Below are positions 35,002 through 42,413 of a stretch of DNA of 42,496 nt, in pieces (positions within the stretch are counted from its first letter, which is position 1; every line of letters starts with the position of its first letter). The DNA comes from Patescibacteria group bacterium (GTDB lineage Bacteria; Patescibacteriota; Minisyncoccia; UBA6257; UBA9933). The notes below the pieces were generated by a model. That model searched no databases. It saw only the letters and a program-made list of their open reading frames with translations, and had not been told where the DNA came from. Both the position numbers and the translations under genes were made by a program. The DNA lies in NCBI GenBank assembly GCA_038065955.1, contig JBBTPY010000002.1:1-42496 (forward strand). Direction: 5' to 3'.

Positions 35002-35113
35002 TTCTATTTTCCGCGACTATGATTTCAATATTTTCTAAATGAAAACCAAAAAAATCCGCAATTTCCTTATGAGCGTTTTTAATTTCTATAGTATATTTAT
35101 CAGTTTTTACCAT
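34970..35113 (-). pseudogene. 47-codon N-terminal remnant of a cassette-type HExxH peptidase, overlapping the kinase start
   Basis: MVKTDKYTIEIKNAHKEIADFFGFHLENIEIIVAENRNEYEKLSIAN* aligns with the N-terminus of the 31494..32132 protein (MPKTTKYDTEIKNARKEIADFFGFHLENIEITVAKNRTEYEKL). The HExxH part is absent. Confidence 0.7.
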
Positions 35114-35221
35114 ATTATTTTAATAGATAATAACATTTAAGGTGATTTATTATAACAAGTCAAGTTTTTTGAAACTGCCTTTGTTTGGATTTTTTCCGTT
35201 GATTTGTGGTATAATTTATAA

Positions 35222-35493
35222 ATGTCAACCATTCTTGAAAATATCAAAATCATTATAGACAACGATCCAAAAGATTACGAGGTTAATAGTTTTTTAAGAA
35301 GATCATAATTTCATCAATGAAATCTCTTATTCTTGTCTTCCACGCTTTTAGGGATTTATTAATCAGGCATTTGCCAAATTTAAGAGAAAAAGAAAATTCT
35401 TTCGCGTTTCTAGTGCATCCGAGAGATACAAAAGACGTTTACCGGAAATATCCGTTTGCCGAATATCTGCCGGAAAATATGCTCTATAATTAA
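35222..35493 (+). pseudogene. Remnant of an unidentified gene in two pieces behind a leaderless-type promoter
   Basis: TGGTATAAT lies at 35207-35215, followed by 6 nt and ATG 35222. Piece one is MSTILENIKIIIDNDPKDYEVNSFLRRS* (35222-35308). Piece two is MKSLILVFHAFRDLLIRHLPNLREKENSFAFLVHPRDTKDVYRKYPFAEYLPENMLYN* (35317-35493). Both end abruptly. Confidence 0.5.
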
Positions 35494-35633
35494 CCGTATT
35501 TTGTCGCGCGCTTGACAAATCTGTTTAGTTTACTATTATAAAATCAGCATTTGGCTAAATGGGTTAGCCGAAATAACTTAACAAATAACGGCGAGAGCTG
35601 TTTATAAGGAAAGATTTTAAATGAAAAGGAGGT
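35339..35633 (+). repeat. 295-bp direct repeat, copy 1 (identical by eye to 37987..38281)
   Basis: Comparing the two stretches by eye, base for base, from TCCACGCTTTTAGGG to AAAAGGAGGT found no difference. The repeat covers the remnant ORF, the TTGACA promoter and the structured leader. Confidence 0.85.
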
Positions 35634-35640
35634 GAGAATA
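35512..35640 (+). promoter_or_regulatory. Conserved promoter + two-hairpin 5' leader, cassette 2
   Basis: TTGACA lies at 35512-35517. Hairpin 1 is TTTGGCTAA-ATGGG-TTAGCCGAA (35550-35572). Hairpin 2 is AACGGC-GAGA-GCTGTT (35587-35602). The SD is AAAAGGAGGTG. Confidence 0.65.
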
Positions 35641-36939
35641 ATGAAAAACAAAACATTTCTTGAGAAAGATACATTTATTGTTAGGGATGGAGAAACGTAT
35701 ATTATATATGCTCCATTTCGTGGTTTGATTACTCGGATAAATGAATTTCCAAAGAAAAATTCTCTGTTTTATTATCAATTAATTGATGTGGGATTTTTCC
35801 GCGAACCGCCTAAGTCGATAAAACGAGATGTTGAATGGCGCGATTTCCGTTCGCTTACGCTCTTACTTACGCGCGCGTGTAATATGAGTTGTATATATTG
35901 TTATGCGAAAGCGACGTCAAATGGAGAACGGATGCCTCTTAAAATTGCCCTCGGAACAGTTGAGTGGTTTTTGAAACAATTTATTGGAGAAACCATCAGA
36001 ATTACATTTCATGGCGGCGGAGAACCTACTCTGGAAATTAAAACAATTAAGAGAGTTGTGGAATATATTGAACGACATAAAAGAGATAAAAAAACTACTT
36101 ATCTTATTACCACAAACGGTACTGCGAAGCGGGAAATATGGGATTGGCTTGTAAATTATCAATTTGGCATTTCTATTTCCATGGATGGTCCTCCCGATAT
36201 TCAGAATCGTAATCGTCCTCTTGCGGTTTTAGGACAAAAAAATTCTTCTCAAATTGTTGAACGGAATTTGAAATTCTTAATAACGCGGGAATATCCTTTT
36301 TCCGTGCGACTTACTTTTTCACCAACCGATGATATTACGCGCATTGTTAAATATTTTGGCGAATTAGGAGTTAAGACACTTCATCTTGAACCGCTTTTTC
36401 CCTATGGAAGAGAATATAAATCGGTGGAATTTGGAGGAAAAAGCCGATATAAAATATATTCTCCTCAAGGCGAGGAGTTATTAAAAAATTTTTGGCAGGC
36501 GCTGGAAATGGCGCGAAAATATGGAATGAAGATTCGCAATGGACATATCAGTTATTTTACGAAAGGTATTGGATATTTTTGCGGCGCTGCGAGCGCGCGG
36601 TCTATGATAGTAAATCACGAAGGAAAACTTACTGGGTGTCTCGAGGTGGTAGACTCTTTAGATTTAGATGCTAATATATTTAATTTCGGTTATTATGTAC
36701 CAGAAGAAAAGCGGTTTGAGATTGATTTTAGTAAGGTAAAGATAATGCAAGAACGTCATGCCGACGCGCTTTCAGGGTGTAATTTATGTTATGCGCGATA
36801 TACTTGCGCTGGAGGGTGCGCCGTAAAAGCAGTGCGAGAATCAAATAATTTCTTTGCGCGTGATTTATTATATTGCGCGTTCACAAAAAATCTAATTCCT
36901 TTATTAGTTAAACATATTGTTAATACCACAGGAATTTAA
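35641..36939 (+). CDS. Radical SAM / SPASM-domain peptide maturase, cassette 2
   Basis: CNMSCIYC (Cx3Cx2C) follows an ~80-aa N-terminal region. The C-terminal pattern is CGAAS..LTGC..CNLCYARYTCAGGCAV. I prefer ATG 35641 (SD 7 nt upstream) over the track's GTG 35632. Confidence 0.85.
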   Translation: MKNKTFLEKDTFIVRDGETYIIYAPFRGLITRINEFPKKNSLFYYQLIDVGFFREPPKSIKRDVEWRDFRSLTLLLTRACNMSCIYCYAKATSNGERMPLKIALGTVEWFLKQFIGETIRITFHGGGEPTLEIKTIKRVVEYIERHKRDKKTTYLITTNGTAKREIWDWLVNYQFGISISMDGPPDIQNRNRPLAVLGQKNSSQIVERNLKFLITREYPFSVRLTFSPTDDITRIVKYFGELGVKTLHLEPLFPYGREYKSVEFGGKSRYKIYSPQGEELLKNFWQALEMARKYGMKIRNGHISYFTKGIGYFCGAASARSMIVNHEGKLTGCLEVVDSLDLDANIFNFGYYVPEEKRFEIDFSKVKIMQERHADALSGCNLCYARYTCAGGCAVKAVRESNNFFARDLLYCAFTKNLIPLLVKHIVNTTGI

Positions 36940-36957
36940 GAAAGGAGGTAAATAACG

Positions 36958-37113
36958 ATGAAAACTTTTACAGCTGTTCTTCCCGAAGAGTTAGTTCTTG
37001 GAGTGGATAGCTCTGTTTCTAGTTGTAATGGGCATGAAGGTTGTAGCGGCGATGATTGCAACGCGGATACTGGCGGATGCCCTTCAGATGGAAGTTGTGG
37101 CCAGGATTGTTAA
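36958..37113 (+). CDS. Candidate precursor peptide 2 (51 aa, six Cys in an acidic Gly/Ser-rich core)
   Basis: The SD GAAAGGAGGT precedes ATG 36958. The peptide is MKTFTAVLPEELVLGVDSSVSSCNGHEGCSGDDCNADTGGCPSDGSCGQDC. It is absent from the ORF track and is followed by a terminator. Confidence 0.7.
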   Translation: MKTFTAVLPEELVLGVDSSVSSCNGHEGCSGDDCNADTGGCPSDGSCGQDC

Positions 37114-37137
37114 TAATGGCAATATCTTAAGCTCTTA

Positions 37138-37178
37138 AGCAGTGAATCAGTTTAACTGGTTCACTGCTTTATTTTTTT
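37138..37178. terminator. Bidirectional terminator after cassette 2
   Basis: AGCAGTGAATCAG pairs with CTGGTTCACTGCT (13 bp, one U.G) around loop TTTAA, followed by TTATTTTTTT. It overlaps the stop of the minus-strand peptidase. Confidence 0.75.
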
Positions 37179-37867
37179 AACCACTCTTTCCAATTTTTTT
37201 GTAATTCTTGATATGTCATTTTAAAAATAATAGAACAAAGATATTCGTCATTAATCCCATTATTGCGCATTTCTTTTATAAATTTTAATAATAATTCAAG
37301 GCCGTATTTTTTAACGCAATATTGCGCGATACTGCCGGCCAAAGGATAGAAATCACTTGGCAAGGTTGATCTCCAAAAATCCCATGGAGTGTTTAATATC
37401 TCATTGGAATAATTCATAAAATTAGCGTGTTTTTTCTTATCAGCGTTTGCGCCGTCATAATATACGCATAATGATTCTTCCCATAAGCCGTTTGCCGGAA
37501 GATTTTCCGATGGATTTATACTTCCTAATAAAATATGATTTAATTCATGTCCTGGAGATTGTTTTAAATGCCCGTGAATTTCTTTTTGTTTAAGAAAAGA
37601 AATTGCCGGCGTTATGCCGATATCTTTTACGGAATTGATTGACGGATATACATAAAAATTAACATTTGAGATTGGATTAATGCCGAATATTTTCGCGTTT
37701 TGTAAATAAATATTTACGCGTTCTTGAATCCAGTTTGAAGGGATTTTTAAATTAGGATAAATATGAAAAACAATATATTTTGTTTTTTTAACACTCCAAT
37801 TATTAAAAAATCCTTCCCCTTTGAGTTTTTTTATTTGATTTTTTGTTTTTTCAAACCAATTTATCAT
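37169..37867 (-). CDS. Cytoplasmic HExxH peptidase-like protein, cassette 3
   Basis: 232 aa. HELNH is followed ~19 residues later by LWEESLCVYY. No signal peptide. It is divergent from rSAM cassette 3. Confidence 0.55.
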   Translation of the reverse strand: MINWFEKTKNQIKKLKGEGFFNNWSVKKTKYIVFHIYPNLKIPSNWIQERVNIYLQNAKIFGINPISNVNFYVYPSINSVKDIGITPAISFLKQKEIHGHLKQSPGHELNHILLGSINPSENLPANGLWEESLCVYYDGANADKKKHANFMNYSNEILNTPWDFWRSTLPSDFYPLAGSIAQYCVKKYGLELLLKFIKEMRNNGINDEYLCSIIFKMTYQELQKNWKEWLKK

Positions 37868-37961
37868 ATATTTTAATTTACCAAATTTTCTTTATTTTGG
37901 CTATTTTTGAAACTGTTTTTTTGTTTGGATTTTTTTCGTTGATTTATGGTATAATTTGGGT

Positions 37962-38141
37962 ATGTTTAAAAGTGTTATTTTAATTCTCCACGCTTTTAGG
38001 GATTTATTAATCAGGCATTTGCCAAATTTAAGAGAAAAAGAAAATTCTTTCGCGTTTCTAGTGCATCCGAGAGATACAAAAGACGTTTACCGGAAATATC
38101 CGTTTGCCGAATATCTGCCGGAAAATATGCTCTATAATTAA
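37962..38141 (+). pseudogene. Second copy of the gene remnant (59 codons) behind a leaderless-type promoter
   Basis: TGGTATAAT lies at 37947-37955, followed by 6 nt and ATG 37962. The ORF reads MFKSVILILHAFRDLLIRHLPNLREKENSFAFLVHPRDTKDVYRKYPFAEYLPENMLYN*. It matches 35317..35493 except for the first residues. The track's TTG 37956 start is less likely. Confidence 0.5.
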
Positions 38142-38281
38142 CCGTATTTTGTCGCGCGCTTGACAAATCTGTTTAGTTTACTATTATAAAATCAGCATTT
38201 GGCTAAATGGGTTAGCCGAAATAACTTAACAAATAACGGCGAGAGCTGTTTATAAGGAAAGATTTTAAATGAAAAGGAGGT
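37987..38281 (+). repeat. 295-bp direct repeat, copy 2
   Basis: It lies at a constant offset of 2648 nt from copy 1. No mismatch was seen by eye. Confidence 0.85.
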
Positions 38282-38289
38282 AAAAAGAG
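38160..38289 (+). promoter_or_regulatory. Conserved promoter + two-hairpin 5' leader, cassette 3
   Basis: TTGACA lies at 38160-38165. The hairpins are identical to cassette 2 (38198-38220 and 38235-38250). The SD is AAAAGGAGGT. Confidence 0.65.
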
Positions 38290-39564
38290 ATGAAAAGAGA
38301 AAAATATTTTACTCTGAATAAAAATTGCTTTTTAATTAAAGGAGCAAAACGAGGAGCGATTTATGATTTAGAATCAGGAAATGTATTTTCAGTGAACGAA
38401 GTAAGTGTTAAAATCTTAGAGGAATTAGATTCTTGGAAAGAATTTAAGCAGGTTTTTCAAGAAGACAAAAACATAACAGAGGGGAAATTAGTCATTTATT
38501 TAAATAAACTTAAAAAACTTGGTTTAGGGGAATGGAGCGAAATCTACAGAGAGAAATTAAACGTTATCCCAAAACCAATAGACGTTCTCAAATTTGTTCT
38601 TCATCTTGAATTGACTACTGGTTGCAACTTGTGTTGCGTTCATTGTTATAACGAAAGCGAAATAACCAAATTTAGAAAAAATAATAATCTTTCTCTTAAT
38701 GAATGGAAGAGGATTATAAAAGAAGCTTATGAGATTGGTTGTAGAAGAGTCCAATTTATCGGAGGAGAACCATTTTTGAAAAGGAGATTGTTGTATACTT
38801 CGATTCTGCTTGCTCGGGAAATAGGTTATACTTCAATAGAAGTAAGTACTAATGGAACCTTAATAACAGAAAAAGATTTGGACTTTTTAAAAGAAAATAC
38901 GGTTAGTTTAGCCTTTTCTGTTTATAGTTATAACTCTAATGTGCATGATGCTATTACTGCCAAAAAAGGAAGCCAAAAACAAACATTGCGTACAATTAAA
39001 AGAGCTTTGGAGATGGATATTAATTTTAGAATATCAGTAGTGGCAATGAGGCAAAACGAAAAAGAAATTAAGAAGACAGTTAAGTTTTTAAAATCTCTTG
39101 GAATTCAGCATGTAAAGACAAATACTGTTGAACCAGTGGGTAGAGGCTGTAATGATAATCTTATTACCGCTGATATAGTAGACCAACAGATTTTAGACAG
39201 ACCTTCTTTCTTTAAAATTAATTACAATACATTTTGGAGAAATAAATTAGGGCATAACTGTTTTCTTGAACATATTTGTATTGCGGCAGATGGTAATATT
39301 TATCCTTGTCTTGCGGAACGAGAAATTTCTTACGGAAATATAAAATCAACTCCGTTGAATGAAATTTTTTCATCAGAGATAGCGCAAAACTTTCGCAATT
39401 TAAATAAGGATTATATTGAAGTTTGCCGAGATTGCGAATATCGATATTGTTGCTTTGATTGTCGCGTAAAAGCCAGAGATTCTTTAATTAATAGTTTTTA
39501 CACAAAATCTTGGTGGTGTTTCTATGATCCATATAAGGGTCAGTGGCATAAAAAAATTAATTAA
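38290..39564 (+). CDS. Radical SAM / SPASM-domain peptide maturase, cassette 3
   Basis: CNLCCVHC (Cx3Cx2C) follows a ~105-aa N-terminal region. The C-terminal pattern is CFLEHICIAADGNIYPC..CRDCEYRYCCFDCRV. Confidence 0.85.
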   Translation: MKREKYFTLNKNCFLIKGAKRGAIYDLESGNVFSVNEVSVKILEELDSWKEFKQVFQEDKNITEGKLVIYLNKLKKLGLGEWSEIYREKLNVIPKPIDVLKFVLHLELTTGCNLCCVHCYNESEITKFRKNNNLSLNEWKRIIKEAYEIGCRRVQFIGGEPFLKRRLLYTSILLAREIGYTSIEVSTNGTLITEKDLDFLKENTVSLAFSVYSYNSNVHDAITAKKGSQKQTLRTIKRALEMDINFRISVVAMRQNEKEIKKTVKFLKSLGIQHVKTNTVEPVGRGCNDNLITADIVDQQILDRPSFFKINYNTFWRNKLGHNCFLEHICIAADGNIYPCLAEREISYGNIKSTPLNEIFSSEIAQNFRNLNKDYIEVCRDCEYRYCCFDCRVKARDSLINSFYTKSWWCFYDPYKGQWHKKIN

Positions 39565-39580
39565 AAAGGAGGTGAGAATT

Positions 39581-39709
39581 ATGGCAAAGAATATTGAAAA
39601 ACAAAAAGAAGATGATGGATTGGAAATTCAATTAATAACAAGCGAGTTGGCGACTGATGGTGTTTGTGGCCCCGATACTTGTCCTTGGGTTGGCTGTGAG
39701 GTGAGCTAA
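39581..39709 (+). CDS. Candidate precursor peptide 3 (42 aa, C-x4-C-x4-C core)
   Basis: The SD AAAAGGAGGTG precedes ATG 39581. The peptide is MAKNIEKQKEDDGLEIQLITSELATDGVCGPDTCPWVGCEVS. The track's 39524 start lies inside the rSAM gene and has no SD. Confidence 0.7.
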   Translation: MAKNIEKQKEDDGLEIQLITSELATDGVCGPDTCPWVGCEVS

Positions 39710-39715
39710 ATTTTT

Positions 39716-39760
39716 GGGCTGTTCAAGTTTTTTTAAATCTTGGGCAGCCCTATTTTATTT
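39716..39760. terminator. Terminator after cassette 3
   Basis: GGGCTGTTCAAG (39716-39727) pairs with CTTGGGCAGCCC (39739-39750) over 12 bp with two U.G pairs, followed by TATTTTATTT. It overlaps the 3' end of the minus-strand peptidase. Confidence 0.65.
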
Positions 39761-40536
39761 CTATTTTTAATTAAAAATTCTTTTAACTCTAAAATGTTCT
39801 TTTTTAATTTACCGCCCAAATATTTTCTCCAATATGGGAATAATTTTTTTTCTAATGGCAAAAAGGTAGGAGATTCAGTACAAAATTTTCCTTCTTTGAA
39901 ATATTTTCCTTTTTTATTTAATCTAATTTTTAACTCGTTATCTGCTAACATAATAAGAGCATGGAGGATGTCATAGTTTGGTTGAAAATGATCGAGCCAA
40001 GTCATAATATGCATTAACTCATGACAAAGAAAAATTGTTGAATGATTTTTCCATTTTTCTTCGCGCCCTCGAACAATAGTATTTTTATTAATAGTTTTTG
40101 CATTTTGCGATTTAGGATGCGTAATATAAACAGTAATTTTATGTTTAGGGATTGGCAATCCGGATATTTCTTGAAGAATTTTTAAAGCCTCTTTTTTATT
40201 TCTGTTCCATTGATTTCTAATAAATATAAGATGCTCTTCTGTTTCTTTTAATAATCTCTTACACTCTTTCGTTTTAAAAATTTCTTTGTAAATCTCTTTT
40301 AGTTTTAATAAATGCTTTTTAAAAACTTTTTCAATGTTTCTATCGTCAAAATTTGTTTGTATTTGTTCTAACGCTAAAGAGATATATTTCGAGTTTAAAA
40401 AATAATAAGCAGGCTCATCTCTGTGTTTTTGCCATATTTTTTCTTCCAGTTTTTCCCATGCAGGAAATGGCTTATTTTTTGAAGCCATCGTATAGCCGAC
40501 AAGATAATATTTATTTATTTTAAACTCAAATTTCAT
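39733..40536 (-). CDS. Cytoplasmic HExxH protein (peptidase-like), cassette 4
   Basis: 267 aa with HELMH in FLCHELMHIMTWLDH. No signal peptide. It is divergent from rSAM cassette 4. Confidence 0.5.
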   Translation of the reverse strand: MKFEFKINKYYLVGYTMASKNKPFPAWEKLEEKIWQKHRDEPAYYFLNSKYISLALEQIQTNFDDRNIEKVFKKHLLKLKEIYKEIFKTKECKRLLKETEEHLIFIRNQWNRNKKEALKILQEISGLPIPKHKITVYITHPKSQNAKTINKNTIVRGREEKWKNHSTIFLCHELMHIMTWLDHFQPNYDILHALIMLADNELKIRLNKKGKYFKEGKFCTESPTFLPLEKKLFPYWRKYLGGKLKKNILELKEFLIKNRNKIGLPKI

Positions 40537-40625
40537 ATAATTTATCTTACCAAATTTTATTTATTTTGACCACTTTTTATTACCGATTTTCTTCATTTTT
40601 ATGGCAATTGTGGTATAATTTAAAT

Positions 40626-40745
40626 ATGCTTAAAGATTATCTAAAAAACTTATTATTAGGTGTTGCGGAAAGAAAGCCGAATGCGAAGATTTTTAATCTT
40701 TTCAAAAAAGATTATACCAGAGGCGCGAAATATATACAGGATTGA
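40626..40745 (+). CDS. 39-codon small ORF behind a leaderless-type promoter
   Basis: TGGTATAAT lies at 40611-40619, followed by 6 nt and ATG 40626. The ORF reads MLKDYLKNLLLGVAERKPNAKIFNLFKKDYTRGAKYIQD*. Its TGA overlaps the TTGACA of the cassette promoter. The coding status is uncertain. Confidence 0.3.
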   Translation: MLKDYLKNLLLGVAERKPNAKIFNLFKKDYTRGAKYIQD

Positions 40746-40869
40746 CAAATTGGTTTGACTTACTATACTAAAATCAGTGTTTGGCTAAAATGGGTTTAGC
40801 CAAAAGAACTTTGAAAAACAACGGCAGGGCCGTTTAGATGAAAAAATTAAGAAAAGGAGGGAAAAAGAA
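40742..40869 (+). promoter_or_regulatory. Conserved promoter + two-hairpin 5' leader, cassette 4
   Basis: TTGACA lies at 40742-40747. Hairpin 1 is TTTGGCTAAA-ATGGG-TTTAGCCAAA (40780-40804, perfect 10 bp). Hairpin 2 is AACGGC-AGG-GCCGTT (40820-40834). The SD is AAAAGGAGGG. Confidence 0.65.
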
Positions 40870-42294
40870 ATGGGAAAAGATTATTCTTTTTCAATGGATG
40901 ACATTCCTACTAAAGCGGATTTTATTTATAAGGATCAGATTGACGAGTTAACCTTAATGTGCACGCCATTAGCAATGAACGGTATACACTTATTAAGTGT
41001 GAAGTCTTTATCTGTGTTGAACCAATGTAGTGGTGTTTTCTCAATTGGAGAAATTATTCAATTAACCGGCTGTGAAAAAACATATGTCTTTGGTGTAATC
41101 AACATTCTGTGGCAGAATAGGCTTATCAGAATCAACGGTGAGTTTCCGCCGAATGACAACAGAATTAGTTTATCTAAGCAAATTGATGTTTGGTTTCATA
41201 TCACAAATAACTGTAATCTCCGTTGTCCTTACTGTTACATTCAAAAGACTAATGAGTCAATGAATAAAAGAATGGCGTATCTGGCTGTTGATAATCTAAT
41301 TAATAGTGCATTATCGCATTATATTCCGGAAGTGCGTCTTAAATTCACGGGCGGAGAACCGTTATTGCGTTTTTCTCTTATTAAAGGATTGGTAAATTAC
41401 AGCAAAAGACAAGGCGAAGAAAGAGGAGTAAAATTCAGTTTTCATATTTTAACTAATGGGACTCTTCTTTCAGAAAAAATTGTTAGATATCTCAAGGAAG
41501 AAAATATCACACTTTCACTTTCTCTTGATGGTGTTGAGGAAGAGAATAACCGATTGAGATATTATGCGAATAGCAAGGGCACTTTCAGGCGTATTGAGCA
41601 ATCCATGAAACTCTTAAAAGACTATGGAATTCGTCCATATATCCTTACAACTGTTACGGCTTTGAATCTTGATGGTTTACCAGCTTTCACCCGCTATGTG
41701 ATAAAAAATAAGTTTTCTGTTCGTTTTAGTCTATATCGCGAATTAGGTGTTTCAAAAGAGGCGTTAAAAAATTACACCGATGAAGTGATAAAAATTCTTC
41801 ATAAATGTTACGATATCTATGAAGAAAATTTACCAGAAGAAGATTTTTCTTCTGTACATCAATTGTGCGATATTAAATTGAAAAAAAGCAGAAAACGGGT
41901 TTGCGGAATTGGCACTAAAGGAGTAAGTATTGGTCACCGAGGAGAAATTGCTCTTTGCCAAGCATTGTTCAACAAACCCATAGGGCATATCTCAAAAGAC
42001 GATGCTCTTGCCGCTGTTCGTAATCAAAATCAATTCCCATCTCATAAATATTCCATTAATAATTACGAACATTGCAAAGATTGTAATTGGCGATATTTGT
42101 GCGGCGGCGGATGTCCCGTGTTAACTAAACTGCAATACGGCAGATTCGACACATTTTCTCCTTATTGCGAAGTATTTAGAACTTTAATTCCTAGATTGAT
42201 TAGGATTATGGGACTTCAGATTTTGCGGGCACATAGGAAAACAATGACTGAAATCGAGAAACAAAAAGGAGGTGATTTAGATGCAAATCAATGA
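40870..42294 (+). CDS. Radical SAM / SPASM-domain peptide maturase, cassette 4
   Basis: CNLRCPYC (Cx3Cx2C) follows a ~110-aa N-terminal region. The C-terminal pattern is CGIGTKG..IALC..CKDCNWRYLCGGGCPV. Confidence 0.85.
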   Translation: MGKDYSFSMDDIPTKADFIYKDQIDELTLMCTPLAMNGIHLLSVKSLSVLNQCSGVFSIGEIIQLTGCEKTYVFGVINILWQNRLIRINGEFPPNDNRISLSKQIDVWFHITNNCNLRCPYCYIQKTNESMNKRMAYLAVDNLINSALSHYIPEVRLKFTGGEPLLRFSLIKGLVNYSKRQGEERGVKFSFHILTNGTLLSEKIVRYLKEENITLSLSLDGVEEENNRLRYYANSKGTFRRIEQSMKLLKDYGIRPYILTTVTALNLDGLPAFTRYVIKNKFSVRFSLYRELGVSKEALKNYTDEVIKILHKCYDIYEENLPEEDFSSVHQLCDIKLKKSRKRVCGIGTKGVSIGHRGEIALCQALFNKPIGHISKDDALAAVRNQNQFPSHKYSINNYEHCKDCNWRYLCGGGCPVLTKLQYGRFDTFSPYCEVFRTLIPRLIRIMGLQILRAHRKTMTEIEKQKGGDLDANQ

Positions 42295-42406
42295 AAATTA
42301 CGGCATAATTTCTGGATTTACTGCTGACACATTAATTATTTCGCAGTGCCAGGAGTGCGCTCCCGTAGAAGACTGCGATTGTCATTGTGTTGACGATGAT
42401 GATTAG
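42281..42406 (+). CDS. Candidate precursor peptide 4 (41 aa, five Cys, poly-Asp tail)
   Basis: The SD AAAAGGAGGTG lies inside the rSAM 3' end. ATG 42281 overlaps the rSAM gene by 14 nt. The peptide is MQINENYGIISGFTADTLIISQCQECAPVEDCDCHCVDDDD. It is absent from the ORF track. Confidence 0.7.
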   Translation: MQINENYGIISGFTADTLIISQCQECAPVEDCDCHCVDDDD

Positions 42407-42413
42407 CGGAGTT

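Noticed and set aside
32336-40869. Repeated ~130-nt elements considered as a CRISPR-like or IS-like repeat array
   Set aside because: The copies are 2.6-3.2 kb apart, each directly upstream of a protein gene and carrying promoter and SD features. No cas or transposase genes and no short regular spacers are present. No CRISPR array is visible anywhere in the window.
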